64,000 nt of DNA from Candidatus Latescibacterota bacterium (GCA_965207885.1 OZ242311.1:4480001-4544000); one strand, 5' to 3'; shown: positions 20,672 to 30,271, counted from the first letter of the stretch. Notes: generated by a model not told the origin, from the letters alone. Numbers and translations are program-made.

Positions 20672-21235
20672 CTATACGATTGATTCATAAAAGAATTGCC
20701 GACCGCCTCCGGGCACACTACCATCGCGCACGCGACACACAAGGCCCATTTTTTGAAGGGCATTGAGCCGGTTACAGGCTATATTGATATTTTTTTTCAA
20801 CGCGTGGGCAAACTCGGAAGACGTACCTTTTTTTCGAGACAGGACAATGTCAAGGGCTTCTCGAATGGGCGTTTTGAGCACACCGAGCACGTGAATATTG
20901 CCTTCGTCATCTTTGAAAAGTGCGGCCAGATCGCGCAATCTGAGCACGGCCTCGAAGGTCTCGCGCACGGAATCATTGGCGTTTTGGATAAAGGTAAAGC
21001 GATTGCCAAGCTCCCCGCTGCCAATACGCATAAGGAGTTTGCAGAGCAACTCGTCGGCGCATGAGATATCAATAAACGAGACATTGGCAAAGTCGAGGGG
21101 CGTAACCGCATCGTCATCGGCCATTTGCATAAATGCCATAAGCTGATTGAGCAGGGCTTCGCCTCGATCGCGCCCACTCAGAATACCCGTAGGCGTCTCA
21201 AAAACGAAAGGGAGGGTTTGTTCAGGCATCTTCAT
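20672..21235 (-). CDS. STAS-like (DUF4325-type) domain fused to a winged HTH, putative regulator
   Basis: LSGRDRG..LDFANVSFIDISCADE (STAS serine motif); C-terminal TSSEFAHALKKNINIACNRLNAL..GLV..GGRQFFY wHTH. Confidence 0.7.
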   Translation of the reverse strand: MKMPEQTLPFVFETPTGILSGRDRGEALLNQLMAFMQMADDDAVTPLDFANVSFIDISCADELLCKLLMRIGSGELGNRFTFIQNANDSVRETFEAVLRLRDLAALFKDDEGNIHVLGVLKTPIREALDIVLSRKKGTSSEFAHALKKNINIACNRLNALQKMGLVCRVRDGSVPGGGRQFFYESIV

Positions 21236-21325
21236 CGTCCCTTAAAATTCGGTTGAAATTCGATTTGTGGGGATTGGGGGAACGATGGGGAAGAAGGTTT
21301 AATTGAATTCAGTTAAGTTGTTGGG

Positions 21326-21354
21326 AAATTAGGCGTTCTAAAATAATATGTCAA
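21326..21354 (-). promoter_or_regulatory. Sigma70-type promoter for the STAS-wHTH/nurA/herA operon
   Basis: TTGACA-17 bp-TAATTT. Confidence 0.6.
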
Positions 21355-21379
21355 GTATTTTCTTCACTTGGTGCAGTAC

Positions 21380-21408
21380 TTGCAAATACGACGTGTGTGA
21401 GATATATT
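21380..21408 (+). promoter_or_regulatory. Sigma70-type promoter for queE
   Basis: TTGCAA-17 bp-TATATT. Confidence 0.5.
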
Positions 21409-21451
21409 TCTTTAAGAACACACAAAAACACACTGAGCACCTCATAAAGGT

Positions 21452-22081
21452 TTGAATGTGAACCCTCCAGCATCCAAAGATCAAATGCCCGTTTGGCGCG
21501 GCGATGGCGTGATTTTGCAAGTCAATGAAATTTTCTATTCCATAGAAGGCGAAGGCCTGCGCGTGGGACAACCCACAACATTTGTCAGACTTGCGCGTTG
21601 TAATTTGCGCTGTTTTTTTTGCGATACGGAATTTGATTATTTTGAGGAAATGACCATTACTCAAATTGTCGATGAGGTCAGGCGTCATCCGGCAAAGTGG
21701 GTGTGTTTAACCGGAGGAGAGCCGCTGGGACAAAATATCACGCCGCTGTGCAGGAAACTCGTCAGCGCGGGTTTTAGGTTGCATATCGAGACAAATGGAA
21801 CGATTGATCCAGATCCTGTTTTGTGCAATCTAATCGAACACTGGACCGTATCGCCCAAACGGCAAAAAATTGCCGATGGTCTGACACATATCACCGAACT
21901 CAAATACGTGGTGGGCAAAACGTTTTGCGAAAATACGGTCGATGAAAACCGCGCAAAATATATTTATTTACAGCCCGAATCGAGCAAACCCCAATACATT
22001 CACAAGGCATTGAAAATTTTGTCGCGACATCCCAACTGGCGCTTGTCGTGTCGCATTCACAAAATGTTGCAATTGCCATAG
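21452..22081 (+). CDS. queE: 7-carboxy-7-deazaguanine synthase (radical SAM); true start may be further downstream
   Basis: NEIFYSIEGEG, CNLRCFFCDT, LTGGEP, IETNGT, VSPK, YLQP. Confidence 0.85.
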   Translation: MNVNPPASKDQMPVWRGDGVILQVNEIFYSIEGEGLRVGQPTTFVRLARCNLRCFFCDTEFDYFEEMTITQIVDEVRRHPAKWVCLTGGEPLGQNITPLCRKLVSAGFRLHIETNGTIDPDPVLCNLIEHWTVSPKRQKIADGLTHITELKYVVGKTFCENTVDENRAKYIYLQPESSKPQYIHKALKILSRHPNWRLSCRIHKMLQLP

Positions 22082-22093
22082 GGAGACAGATAC

Positions 22094-23095
22094 ATGATCA
22101 AACTGGGTATGATCGGATGCGGCGGCATGGGGGGTGCCCACATGCGGCGGTTTCACACACTGAGCGATCGCGTCACATTAGCCGCTGCTGTCGATGTTGT
22201 TCCAGAACGTGCAGAAGCAGTCGCGCAGCAATTTCCGGGAGCCTGTGTAGCGACAGATTATCGCGAGATTTTAGACTCGGTAGATGCCGTACTGCTCGCC
22301 CTACCCCACCATTTGCACTTTTCCGTGGGACAGGCGTGCCTCAATGCTGGCGTTCATGTCCTGCTCGAAAAACCCATGGCCAATTACGAAGTCGCCTGCA
22401 AAGAACTGATTGAGGCATCTGAAACTTCGGGCAAAGTGCTGATGATTGCGTACTGCATGCGCTTTCATCCAATTGTACAGTATTTGAAAACACTGCTGGA
22501 TGAAGGCGCGTACGGCGATGTATTTCAAGTGTCGATCTGGACCGAACAACTCACCCGGTATCCCCCCGATCACTGGGCTTCGAGCAAAGAGCGATTGGGC
22601 GGAGGGCAGTTGTTTAGCCATGGCTGTCATTATATCGATTTGTTGCTCTGGTTTTTGGGGCGCCCCGTGCAGGGCATGCACATGGGCACAAATTTTGGTA
22701 CGCCGTGGATGGAGCGAGAAGGCACGAGCAATGTGACGATGGAATTTGAAAATGGCCGACTGGGCTATCACTTTGGCACCTGGGGCGCGCGAGGCACCCG
22801 GCTGCGGTACTCAATCCACGCGCATTGCACAGAAGGTTTGCTCGATGCCAATCTCTCAGGTGGCAAGCTCGTACACATCGTACGCGGTCAAGAAAAAATT
22901 TTATCTGAAGCAGAGCCGGGCAAACACACGGAAAACGAGATGGCCCATTTTCTCGATTGCATTGAAACCGGGCAAACACCGCTGACAGATGGCAAAAGCA
23001 GCTTGCAGGGATTGCGCGTGATCTGGCGACTATATGAAGCCGAACAAGCAGGGCATATTGCAGATTTGACGGGATTGGGTTTGGATGAGGCCTAA
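22094..23095 (+). CDS. Gfo/Idh/MocA family oxidoreductase
   Basis: GCGGMG Rossmann motif, LLEKPMA, GGG..HGCHYID. Confidence 0.85.
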   Translation: MIKLGMIGCGGMGGAHMRRFHTLSDRVTLAAAVDVVPERAEAVAQQFPGACVATDYREILDSVDAVLLALPHHLHFSVGQACLNAGVHVLLEKPMANYEVACKELIEASETSGKVLMIAYCMRFHPIVQYLKTLLDEGAYGDVFQVSIWTEQLTRYPPDHWASSKERLGGGQLFSHGCHYIDLLLWFLGRPVQGMHMGTNFGTPWMEREGTSNVTMEFENGRLGYHFGTWGARGTRLRYSIHAHCTEGLLDANLSGGKLVHIVRGQEKILSEAEPGKHTENEMAHFLDCIETGQTPLTDGKSSLQGLRVIWRLYEAEQAGHIADLTGLGLDEA

Positions 23096-23123
23096 TAAGT
23101 TTCGAAAATTCAATGAATTGAGG

Positions 23124-24321
23124 CATGGTACACGACAAAACTTAAATTGTTTTAAACAGTGGCGGATTACTCAGTAAACGAATGCATATGAGGAACTGTT
23201 GGGTTTGTTGGTTTATATTGAGCAGGACATACTGCAAATAGTCCAACCCATATCGGAAGAGACTTTTCTCCATCCGCCCGTGATTTTTGATCGTCAAAGG
23301 ATTTGTTTTTGCTATCCATTCGCCGATGATATGCGCCCAGATGCAGGCAATGGCCAAAAGCGCGATGAGTTTCTCAATGCGGTCTTGATGTATAAGATGG
23401 GTCTCTTCCAGATTAAATCCTCGACTTTTAAGATTGGCAAAAAGGACTTCAATGCCCCATCGTTTTTTATAGGTATCCAATGCGGCTTGACCTTTTTGGT
23501 TGCTGGCAAGAATGAGGTATTGGTCCTTCAATCTTAGTGCAGACAGATATACAGGCAGGTCATAAACGCGGTGGCGTTTGCACAAGTTGACCTGCTGATG
23601 GATATTAAGATTTTCAAACCGTTTTCTTATGGGGATCTCTCTACCGCCTGATGAGACAAGAGCGTTTTCCTTGATGCGAATAACAAAGGGTATATTTTGT
23701 GTGTCTAACCACCTAAACCATTCTCTTCCAATAAATTCTCTGTCTGCGACGACAACGCGGATATGCGATTTGCAGATGCAGTTGAGCATTTCTTGCATCA
23801 AATGGATACGCTCATCACTATTGGAATTGCCCCGTTTTTTTAACAAGTGCCAACAGATAGGAAAGGCGACCCCTTCATAGATAATGCCTGCGGTTAGGAT
23901 GTTGATATTGAATTTTCCCAACTTCCAATTGGTGCGATCTATTGAGACTATAAAATCCGACTTTATAGGTAATAAGTGCAAGATCAATTGTCTCACACAC
24001 GCATAGGGTAAGGCAAAGTGGGCAAAGAAGCGTTGGATACGACGATAATTAGATTTCTGCTTGACGGTTCCATTGAGTGCGTTTGCCAGTTTCATAAAAT
24101 TGACGCTACGCAATTTTATCAGCGACAATATGAACGCAGCGGTAAACGTTATTCGGGCTTTATGCCAGTGAAAATATCCTTGCATAATCGTTTGAAGTTC
24201 AATAGTTTCAGGAGACATAGACCTGTGCCTTGTTAAGATGAGAAAGGTTTGTCTTGGGACATTCAAACCTAACTCTTTTTAGCTTTTTTCACAGGTCTTT
24301 TATTTTTTGTCGTGTACTATG
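23124..24321 (-). mobile_element. Complete IS4-family insertion sequence (1198 bp) with 17-bp TIRs and a 9-bp target-site duplication
   Basis: TIRs CATGGTACACGACAAAA (23124-23140) and TTTTGTCGTGTACTATG (24305-24321), 16/17 match; TSD GAATTGAGG at 23115-23123 and 24322-24330. Confidence 0.93.
23142..24218 (-). CDS. IS4-family DDE transposase
   Basis: IDRTNW, ADREF, YKKRWGIEVLFANLKS (YREK-like motif); start assigned to MSPETIEL. Confidence 0.9.
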   Translation of the reverse strand: MSPETIELQTIMQGYFHWHKARITFTAAFILSLIKLRSVNFMKLANALNGTVKQKSNYRRIQRFFAHFALPYACVRQLILHLLPIKSDFIVSIDRTNWKLGKFNINILTAGIIYEGVAFPICWHLLKKRGNSNSDERIHLMQEMLNCICKSHIRVVVADREFIGREWFRWLDTQNIPFVIRIKENALVSSGGREIPIRKRFENLNIHQQVNLCKRHRVYDLPVYLSALRLKDQYLILASNQKGQAALDTYKKRWGIEVLFANLKSRGFNLEETHLIHQDRIEKLIALLAIACIWAHIIGEWIAKTNPLTIKNHGRMEKSLFRYGLDYLQYVLLNINQQTQQFLICIRLLSNPPLFKTI

Positions 24322-24365
24322 GAATTGAGGTTATGATTCTATCTCTGCAATTGGGGAATTTCCGC

Positions 24366-24394
24366 TTGACACTCCGATACTCTTATTATAGATT
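24366..24394 (+). promoter_or_regulatory. Sigma70-type promoter for thrS
   Basis: TTGACA-17 bp-TAGATT. Confidence 0.55.
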
Positions 24395-24523
24395 TGTTAA
24401 ACTTTGACAGGTTTCTATCTTTTAATCTCATTGCTGAGGGATGTTTGCGGGCGAAACTGCTCACCGAACGGTTCCACGATTTCACATTTCGCGTGCCGGC
24501 AATTTCCGAGCGCGATTTTTTTT

Positions 24524-26458
24524 ATGGCAGAAAACCACTCCATAACCATTACACTTCCCGACGGTTCGACCAAAGAAATTGATCGCGGTACAACCGTGCT
24601 ACAAGTAGCCGAATCCATTGGCTCCGGTCTTGCCCGCGCCGCTCTGGCCGGGCGGGTTGATGGTCGGGCTGTAGATTTGAGTTACCCGGTTGCTTCAGAT
24701 GCTGCGGTTGAGATCTTAACTTTTTCGGATGACAAAGGCAAAGAGGTTTACTGGCATAGCACAGCGCATGTAATGGCACAAGCTGTACAGGATTTGTTTC
24801 CCACTGCCAAAGTAACCATCGGTCCGCCTATTGAAAACGGATTCTATTACGATTTTGATGTCGATCGGCCCTTTACACCCGATGAACTGGAAAAAATTGA
24901 AGCGCGAATGCTGGAAATTGCCAGAGAAGACCAGCCCTTTTCTCGCGAGGAAATCTCGCGCGATGAGGCTTCTGGGCGCTTTCAGGATTTGGGTGAGTCC
25001 TACAAACTCGAGCTTTTAGACGGCATTGCGCCCGATGAGACCGTGAGCATCTACAAGAATACCAGGTGGTTTGATCTGTGTCGGGGGCCACACTTACCGT
25101 CAACAGGGCGCATTAAGGCCATCAAGTTGTTAAACGCATCCGGGGCTTATTGGCGGGGCGATGAAAACAACAAAATGCTGCAGCGCATCTACGGCATCTC
25201 GTTTCCCGGCAAAAAAGAATTGCAGGCATATCTCGATAAACTCGAAGAAGCCAAACGTCGAGACCACCGCACTTTGGGCGTGCAGTTAGACCTGTATTCA
25301 GTAAATGACAATGTAGGTCCAGGCCTGGTGCTCTGGCACCCTAAGGGAATGCGCATCCGGCACGAGATTGAATCATTCTGGCACAGTGCTCATTTCGACG
25401 GTGGATATGAACTCGTTGGCTCCCCTCATATTGGGCGATCCAGCCTGTGGAACACAAGCGGACATCTGGATTTTTTCCGCGAAAATATGTACTCGCCGAT
25501 GGATGTCGATGGACAGGAATATTTTGCCAAACCCATGAACTGTCCATTTCACAGCATGATTTACAAAAGCCGTCGTCGGAGTTATCGCGAGTTGCCATTG
25601 CGCTGGGCAGAAATGGGAACGGTTTACCGGTATGAACCGGCGGGAGTACTGCACGGGCTTTTGCGAGCGCGCGGATTTACACAGGATGACGCGCATATCT
25701 TTTGCCGCCCAGACCAGGTCGAAAGTGAAATTAAACAGACCATAGATTTTACGCTGTTTATTCTGCGGTCATTTGGTCTTGAAGATTTTAAGATCGATAT
25801 TTCCACACGACCCGAAAAAGCCGTAGGCGATCCCCGCGACTGGGATATGGCGACAAATGCCTTGAAAGCTGCGATAGATGCACAGGGTTTAAAATATGGC
25901 ATTGACGAAGGTGGCGGCGCATTTTACGGACCCAAAATTGACGTGCAAATTAGAGATGCGCTGGGGCGTGAATGGCAGTGTTCGACAATTCAGTTTGACT
26001 TCAACCTGCCCGAGCGATTCGATCTGACTTTTGCCGGGCAAGATGGCAAGATGCACCGCCCCTATATGGTACATCGCGCGCTTTTGGGGTCAATGGAACG
26101 GTTCTTTGGCACACTCATTGAGCATTATGCCGGTAATTTCCCCGTGTGGTTGGCGCCTGTGCAGGCCGTTATTCTACCTGTATCGGATCGTTTTATCGAC
26201 TATGCACAGCAAGTTGCCAAACTGCTTCGAGATACTCAGGTGCGCGTTGAAATGGATGATCAGGATGCCAAACTGGGCTACAAAATTCGAGAGGCAGAAG
26301 TTCAAAAAGTGCCCTATATGCTTATTGTTGGCGCGCGGGAAGTTGAGAATGGCACAGTGTCGGTTCGCCGTCATGGACAGGGGGATTTGGGTGCGCTGAG
26401 CCTGAAAAATTTAATCGCGCGTATTCAGACAGAGGTCGAATCCAAACAATTGTCATAA
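24524..26458 (+). CDS. thrS: Threonine--tRNA ligase
   Basis: TGS domain (ITLPDGS), HSTAH, DLCRGPH, KPMNCP, GAFYGPKID, HRALLGSMERF; start MAENHS. Confidence 0.97.
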   Translation: MAENHSITITLPDGSTKEIDRGTTVLQVAESIGSGLARAALAGRVDGRAVDLSYPVASDAAVEILTFSDDKGKEVYWHSTAHVMAQAVQDLFPTAKVTIGPPIENGFYYDFDVDRPFTPDELEKIEARMLEIAREDQPFSREEISRDEASGRFQDLGESYKLELLDGIAPDETVSIYKNTRWFDLCRGPHLPSTGRIKAIKLLNASGAYWRGDENNKMLQRIYGISFPGKKELQAYLDKLEEAKRRDHRTLGVQLDLYSVNDNVGPGLVLWHPKGMRIRHEIESFWHSAHFDGGYELVGSPHIGRSSLWNTSGHLDFFRENMYSPMDVDGQEYFAKPMNCPFHSMIYKSRRRSYRELPLRWAEMGTVYRYEPAGVLHGLLRARGFTQDDAHIFCRPDQVESEIKQTIDFTLFILRSFGLEDFKIDISTRPEKAVGDPRDWDMATNALKAAIDAQGLKYGIDEGGGAFYGPKIDVQIRDALGREWQCSTIQFDFNLPERFDLTFAGQDGKMHRPYMVHRALLGSMERFFGTLIEHYAGNFPVWLAPVQAVILPVSDRFIDYAQQVAKLLRDTQVRVEMDDQDAKLGYKIREAEVQKVPYMLIVGAREVENGTVSVRRHGQGDLGALSLKNLIARIQTEVESKQLS

Positions 26459-26513
26459 TTCACAACGCGTTTGTGAGTTGAGTTCTCTATATCCAAATCT
26501 GGAGGTGGTCGCA

Positions 26514-27053
26514 ATCAATAGAGGTTCAAGAAGTCGAGATACCAGACGAGAAATCGGGCCGCGCGTGAATCGGCAGATTCGCATTCCACAGGTTCGCTTA
26601 ATCGGTGAATCAGGTGCTCAAGTGGGCATTGTAGAAACGAGCAAAGCCCTGACAATGGCTCAGGGGGCCGGGCTTGATCTGGTCGAAGTTGCGCCAAATG
26701 CACGCCCACCTGTTTGCCGGATTATGGACTACGGTAAATACAGGTATGAGCGGGGAAAAAAAGCCAGAAAAAATCGCCAAAGTGCCTCGCAATTAAAAGA
26801 AATTCGGATGCGTGTTCGAATCAGCGATCACGATTATCAATTTAAGATCAGGCATGCTGAGAAATTTTTGACCCAGCGCCATAAAGTGAGGCTTGTCATT
26901 GAGTTTTTTGGACGGGAAAATGCACATCGCGATATGGGCCGCGACTTATTGCAGCGCATTGAAGACGATTTGCAACATGTTGGACAGATCGAAACGCATC
27001 CCCGCGACGAAGGGCGAAAGCTCGTGATGATTGTCGCGCCAAAATCTCAGTAG
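26514..27053 (+). CDS. infC: Translation initiation factor IF-3, probable non-canonical ATC start
   Basis: LDLVEVAPNARPPVCRIMDYGKYRY; GGAGGT SD at 26501-26506 followed by an in-frame ATC at 26514. Confidence 0.93.
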   Translation: MNRGSRSRDTRREIGPRVNRQIRIPQVRLIGESGAQVGIVETSKALTMAQGAGLDLVEVAPNARPPVCRIMDYGKYRYERGKKARKNRQSASQLKEIRMRVRISDHDYQFKIRHAEKFLTQRHKVRLVIEFFGRENAHRDMGRDLLQRIEDDLQHVGQIETHPRDEGRKLVMIVAPKSQ

Positions 27054-27100
27054 TAGTCCGCTTCAACTGATCTGTGACGTTGTTAGCAAAGGAGTTTGTC

Positions 27101-27295
27101 GTGCCCAAAATGAAAACCCATAGCGGTGCCAAAAAGCGTTTCAAAAAGCGCAGTTCTGGCAAAATCAGCCGTCGCCAGGCCACTGCAGCGCACAACCTGA
27201 CCAAAAAGACGAGCAAGCGCAAAAGAGGCCTCCGTCAAACTGTGCATGTTCACGACACTGACCAAAGCCGCGTCAATCGCCTGCTGGCGTCTTGA
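27101..27295 (+). CDS. rpmI: 50S ribosomal protein L35
   Basis: (GTG)[14 protein letters not shown]. Confidence 0.95.
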   Translation: MPKMKTHSGAKKRFKKRSSGKISRRQATAAHNLTKKTSKRKRGLRQTVHVHDTDQSRVNRLLAS

Positions 27296-27330
27296 CAGGG
27301 GTTGGTGATCACTGTTCATTGGAGATTAAA

Positions 27331-27684
27331 ATGCCGAGAGTAACCAATAGTCCTGCGTCTCGACGCAGGAGGAAAAAAATTTTAAAACAAGCCAGAGGCT
27401 ATCGAGGAGGGCGCAGCAAACTGCTTCGCACAGCCAGCAATGCTGTGGATCGCGCCTTGCAATACGCCTATCGCGACCGAAGGCAAAAGAAAAGAAACTT
27501 CAGAGCATTGTGGATTACCCGAATCAACGCAGCTGCCAGGCAACACGGATTGACTTACAGCCGATTTATGGCGGGTTTAAAGCGAGATGGCATTGATATC
27601 AACCGCAAAGTATTGGCCAATCTGGCCGTAACCGACGCCAATGCATTTGCCGCCCTGGCCGAAAGGGTTAAGCAAAACGACTGA
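27331..27684 (+). CDS. rplT: 50S ribosomal protein L20
   Basis: [25 protein letters not shown]. Confidence 0.97.
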   Translation: MPRVTNSPASRRRRKKILKQARGYRGGRSKLLRTASNAVDRALQYAYRDRRQKKRNFRALWITRINAAARQHGLTYSRFMAGLKRDGIDINRKVLANLAVTDANAFAALAERVKQND

Positions 27685-27700
27685 GTATCTCATTGATCCC

Positions 27701-27738
27701 AAAAAGCGAAATCCGGCACCGTGTGGATTTCGCTTTTT
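27701..27738 (+). terminator. Rho-independent terminator after rplT
   Basis: AAAAAGCGAAATCC-N10-GGATTTCGCTTTTT. Confidence 0.85.
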
Positions 27739-27768
27739 GCATGAGGGCCAAATCCTCGTGGGGCGAGC

Positions 27769-27797
27769 TTGACTTTCGGATAAGATGGTGTTAAATT
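27769..27797 (+). promoter_or_regulatory. Sigma70-type extended -10 promoter
   Basis: TTGACT-17 bp-TAAATT with TG upstream of the -10. Confidence 0.55.
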
Positions 27798-27840
27798 TCT
27801 TCTATATTCAATAGCCTTTGATTTCTTTCAAGGAGCAGAT

Positions 27841-28281
27841 ATGGATATTAACCCCTGGATAGTTAGAAATGTGAAAGAAGAAGCGGAGGAAGAAGTGGAG
27901 GACAATGCCGAGGCTACCGAAGAGACTGAAGACGCCGAAGAAGTGGAGGAAGAAGTGGATGAGGAAGTAGATCTGATGGATATTAACGCGGGAGCAGTGG
28001 CGGAGGGAGTGGATCGGCTCGTTGAAGCAATCAACAACGCCGTTGCAACAATTGAAGATTTGCGTCGTGAAAATGCCGAATTGAAGCAACAGAGTCAGGC
28101 ATTGCAGTCAGATATATCGCGCCTCGAAGAAGAACGGGTGGCTCTGTGTAACGAACGAGATCGGTTGCAAGACATTTACAACGACAATATGCTTCTAATA
28201 GACAATAAGGCGGAAATCCTGGATAAGGTCGAGGCGATGTTGCAGCGCCTCAATTCCTTAAACCCCGAGAAAAATGAGTGA
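27841..28281 (+). CDS. Coiled-coil protein with an acidic N-terminal tail, ZapB-like by position
   Basis: Heptad coiled coil (AVATIEDLRRENAELKQQ), overlaps zapA. Confidence 0.55.
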   Translation: MDINPWIVRNVKEEAEEEVEDNAEATEETEDAEEVEEEVDEEVDLMDINAGAVAEGVDRLVEAINNAVATIEDLRRENAELKQQSQALQSDISRLEEERVALCNERDRLQDIYNDNMLLIDNKAEILDKVEAMLQRLNSLNPEKNE

Positions 28282-28574
28282 TGTCTGGTTTGTCCGACGT
28301 GCGCGTTCAGGTATTTGGCTCAGAATATCGCATTGCCAGCGATACTGATCCCGAACATATCCGCGAGGTGGCGAGTTATATCGATCAGAAAATGCGAGAA
28401 ATAGCCAGTGCTCTTGCACTGCGCAACAGATCGACAGTAGCTATATTAACGGCTGTGAATTTGGCTGATGAGCTTTTTAAGATCGAGGAAGAAAGTCGCC
28501 TGATGAATCGGATTTCACGTGAGAAAGCCGATCAACTCGCAGACTCGGTAACCTTTAGCTCACGAACGAAGTGA
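28278..28574 (+). CDS. zapA: Cell division protein ZapA
   Basis: VQVFGSEYRI..EVASYIDQKM..VAILTAVNLADE. Confidence 0.9.
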   Translation: MMSGLSDVRVQVFGSEYRIASDTDPEHIREVASYIDQKMREIASALALRNRSTVAILTAVNLADELFKIEEESRLMNRISREKADQLADSVTFSSRTK

Positions 28575-28579
28575 GTAAA

Positions 28580-28677
28580 TCGCACAATGCGAGTATGAGA
28601 CAAGCTATCTCACGGGAGTGTGAACCCCGTCGCGTTTGTCCTTAAAAGTGAGCACAAGCGCGGTGGGGATTTCTTTT
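28580..28677 (+). ncRNA. Structured intergenic RNA candidate between zapA and rny (6S-like position, or attenuator)
   Basis: Three hairpins: TCGCA/TGCGA, TGAGA/TCTCA and CCCC..CGCG..TGT/ACA..CGCG..GGGG, followed by TTTCTTTT; shorter than a typical 6S RNA. Confidence 0.3.
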
Positions 28678-28698
28678 AATACCACATTGGAGAAAGTC

Positions 28699-30261
28699 AT
28701 GGAAATCGTATCTGTGATTGCACTATCTACCGGGCTGTTGGTTCTGGGATTTGTTGTGGGATGGCTGATCAGCAGTAAAATCTCACACAAGAGATTTTAC
28801 CGCACCGACGCCTCAATTGAACAAATTTTGGAAGATGCTCGAAGAGAAGCAGAAACTGAAAAACGCACCGCGCTTTTAGAAGCTAAGGATCAGATTTATC
28901 ACGAGCGCGTACATGCCGAAAAAGCGCTGGAAGGCCGCAACAGTGAAGTGGCACACAAAGAAGAAGAATTAGATCGCATGTCGAGCGAGTTGAATCGACG
29001 TGCAGACCTGCTCAACCACAAAGCTGGACAAATGGAAGAATTGGAACAAAAACTGGTACAGCAGCAGGACGAATTAACCGTAAAAGAACTGGAATTGGAA
29101 GCGATTTTGGAGGCTCAAAATGCGCGATTAGAACGCATTGCGGCCCTGACACGCCAGCAGGCCAAACGCGAATTGATGGAAAATTTGGAGGCCGAAGCCC
29201 AGCGCGAAGTTGCCTGGCGCTTAAAAGAAATTCGGGAAGACGCACAAGCGCGGGCCAATGATGAAGCGAGAGAAATTATCGCAAGTGCGATTCAAAGACT
29301 GGCAGTCGATTACACGGTAGAATCAACTGTGACAGTTGTCGAGTTGCCAGCCGATGAAATGAAAGGTCGAATTATCGGACGCGAAGGGCGCAATATCCGA
29401 GCTTTTGAGATGTGTACTGGCGTGGATGTGATTGTTGACGATACCCCCAAAGCCGTCGTGCTGTCCGGATTTGATCCCATTCGCCGCGCGATTGCCAAGA
29501 CAGCTTTGGAGCACCTTTTAATGGATGGACGCATTCATCCGGGCCGGATCGAAGAAGTGGTTGAAAAATCGAAAGAAAATATGCACGAATTGATTCAACA
29601 AGCGGGTGAAGAGGCCATCTTTGACATGGGAGTACCCGGCTTGCATGATCGTCTGATTGAATGTCTTGGGCGATTAAAATTTCGGACGAGCTATGGGCAA
29701 AATATGTTAAACCACAGCAAAGAGGTGGCTTTTCTATCGGGGATGATGGCCACGCATTTGGGGCTGGATGCACAACTTGCCAAGCGCGCCGGCCTACTAC
29801 ACGATATTGGCCAGGGAATCAGCCACGAATTTGAAGGTACACCCGGCCAAAATGGCGCTGATATGGCAAAAAAATACGGTGAAGATGACGAGGTAATCAA
29901 CGCGATTGAAGCCCACCACGGCGAGGCTGACCCCATCTCACCAATTGCAGTGCTGGTCGATGCCGCAGATACCATTTCGAGGGTTCGACCGGGCGCAAGG
30001 CGTGAGGTGTTGGAAAATTATGTGCGACGATTGGAGCATTTGGAACAAACCGCCCAAGAAATAGAGGGAGTAGATGCGGTTTACGCCATTCAAGCCGGTC
30101 AAGAAATTCGGGTAGTCGCCAACTATGGGTTAATCAGCGATGAAGACACCGAGCGATTATCTGCTCAAATTGCCGAACGACTGGAAAAAACAATGACGTA
30201 TCCGGGGCATATAAAAGTGACCGTAATTCGCGAGGTGCGCGCCATCAATTTTGCGCGATAA
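28699..30261 (+). CDS. rny: Ribonuclease Y
   Basis: N-terminal TM, coiled coil, KH motif (KGRIIGREGRNIR), HD motif (LLHDIG), RPGARRE. Confidence 0.95.
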   Translation: MEIVSVIALSTGLLVLGFVVGWLISSKISHKRFYRTDASIEQILEDARREAETEKRTALLEAKDQIYHERVHAEKALEGRNSEVAHKEEELDRMSSELNRRADLLNHKAGQMEELEQKLVQQQDELTVKELELEAILEAQNARLERIAALTRQQAKRELMENLEAEAQREVAWRLKEIREDAQARANDEAREIIASAIQRLAVDYTVESTVTVVELPADEMKGRIIGREGRNIRAFEMCTGVDVIVDDTPKAVVLSGFDPIRRAIAKTALEHLLMDGRIHPGRIEEVVEKSKENMHELIQQAGEEAIFDMGVPGLHDRLIECLGRLKFRTSYGQNMLNHSKEVAFLSGMMATHLGLDAQLAKRAGLLHDIGQGISHEFEGTPGQNGADMAKKYGEDDEVINAIEAHHGEADPISPIAVLVDAADTISRVRPGARREVLENYVRRLEHLEQTAQEIEGVDAVYAIQAGQEIRVVANYGLISDEDTERLSAQIAERLEKTMTYPGHIKVTVIREVRAINFAR

Positions 30262-30271
30262 AAAATAGCGA

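Noticed and set aside
17102-22081. queE plus nurA/herA as a 7-deazaguanine DNA-modification (Dpd) or Qat-like defence system
   Set aside because: No dpdA/tgt, queC, queD or folE in the window; queE is divergently transcribed and is adequately explained by queuosine synthesis.
24400-24523. tRNA gene or T-box upstream of thrS
   Set aside because: No cloverleaf with GTTCGA and no GGTGGNACCGCG T-box consensus found.
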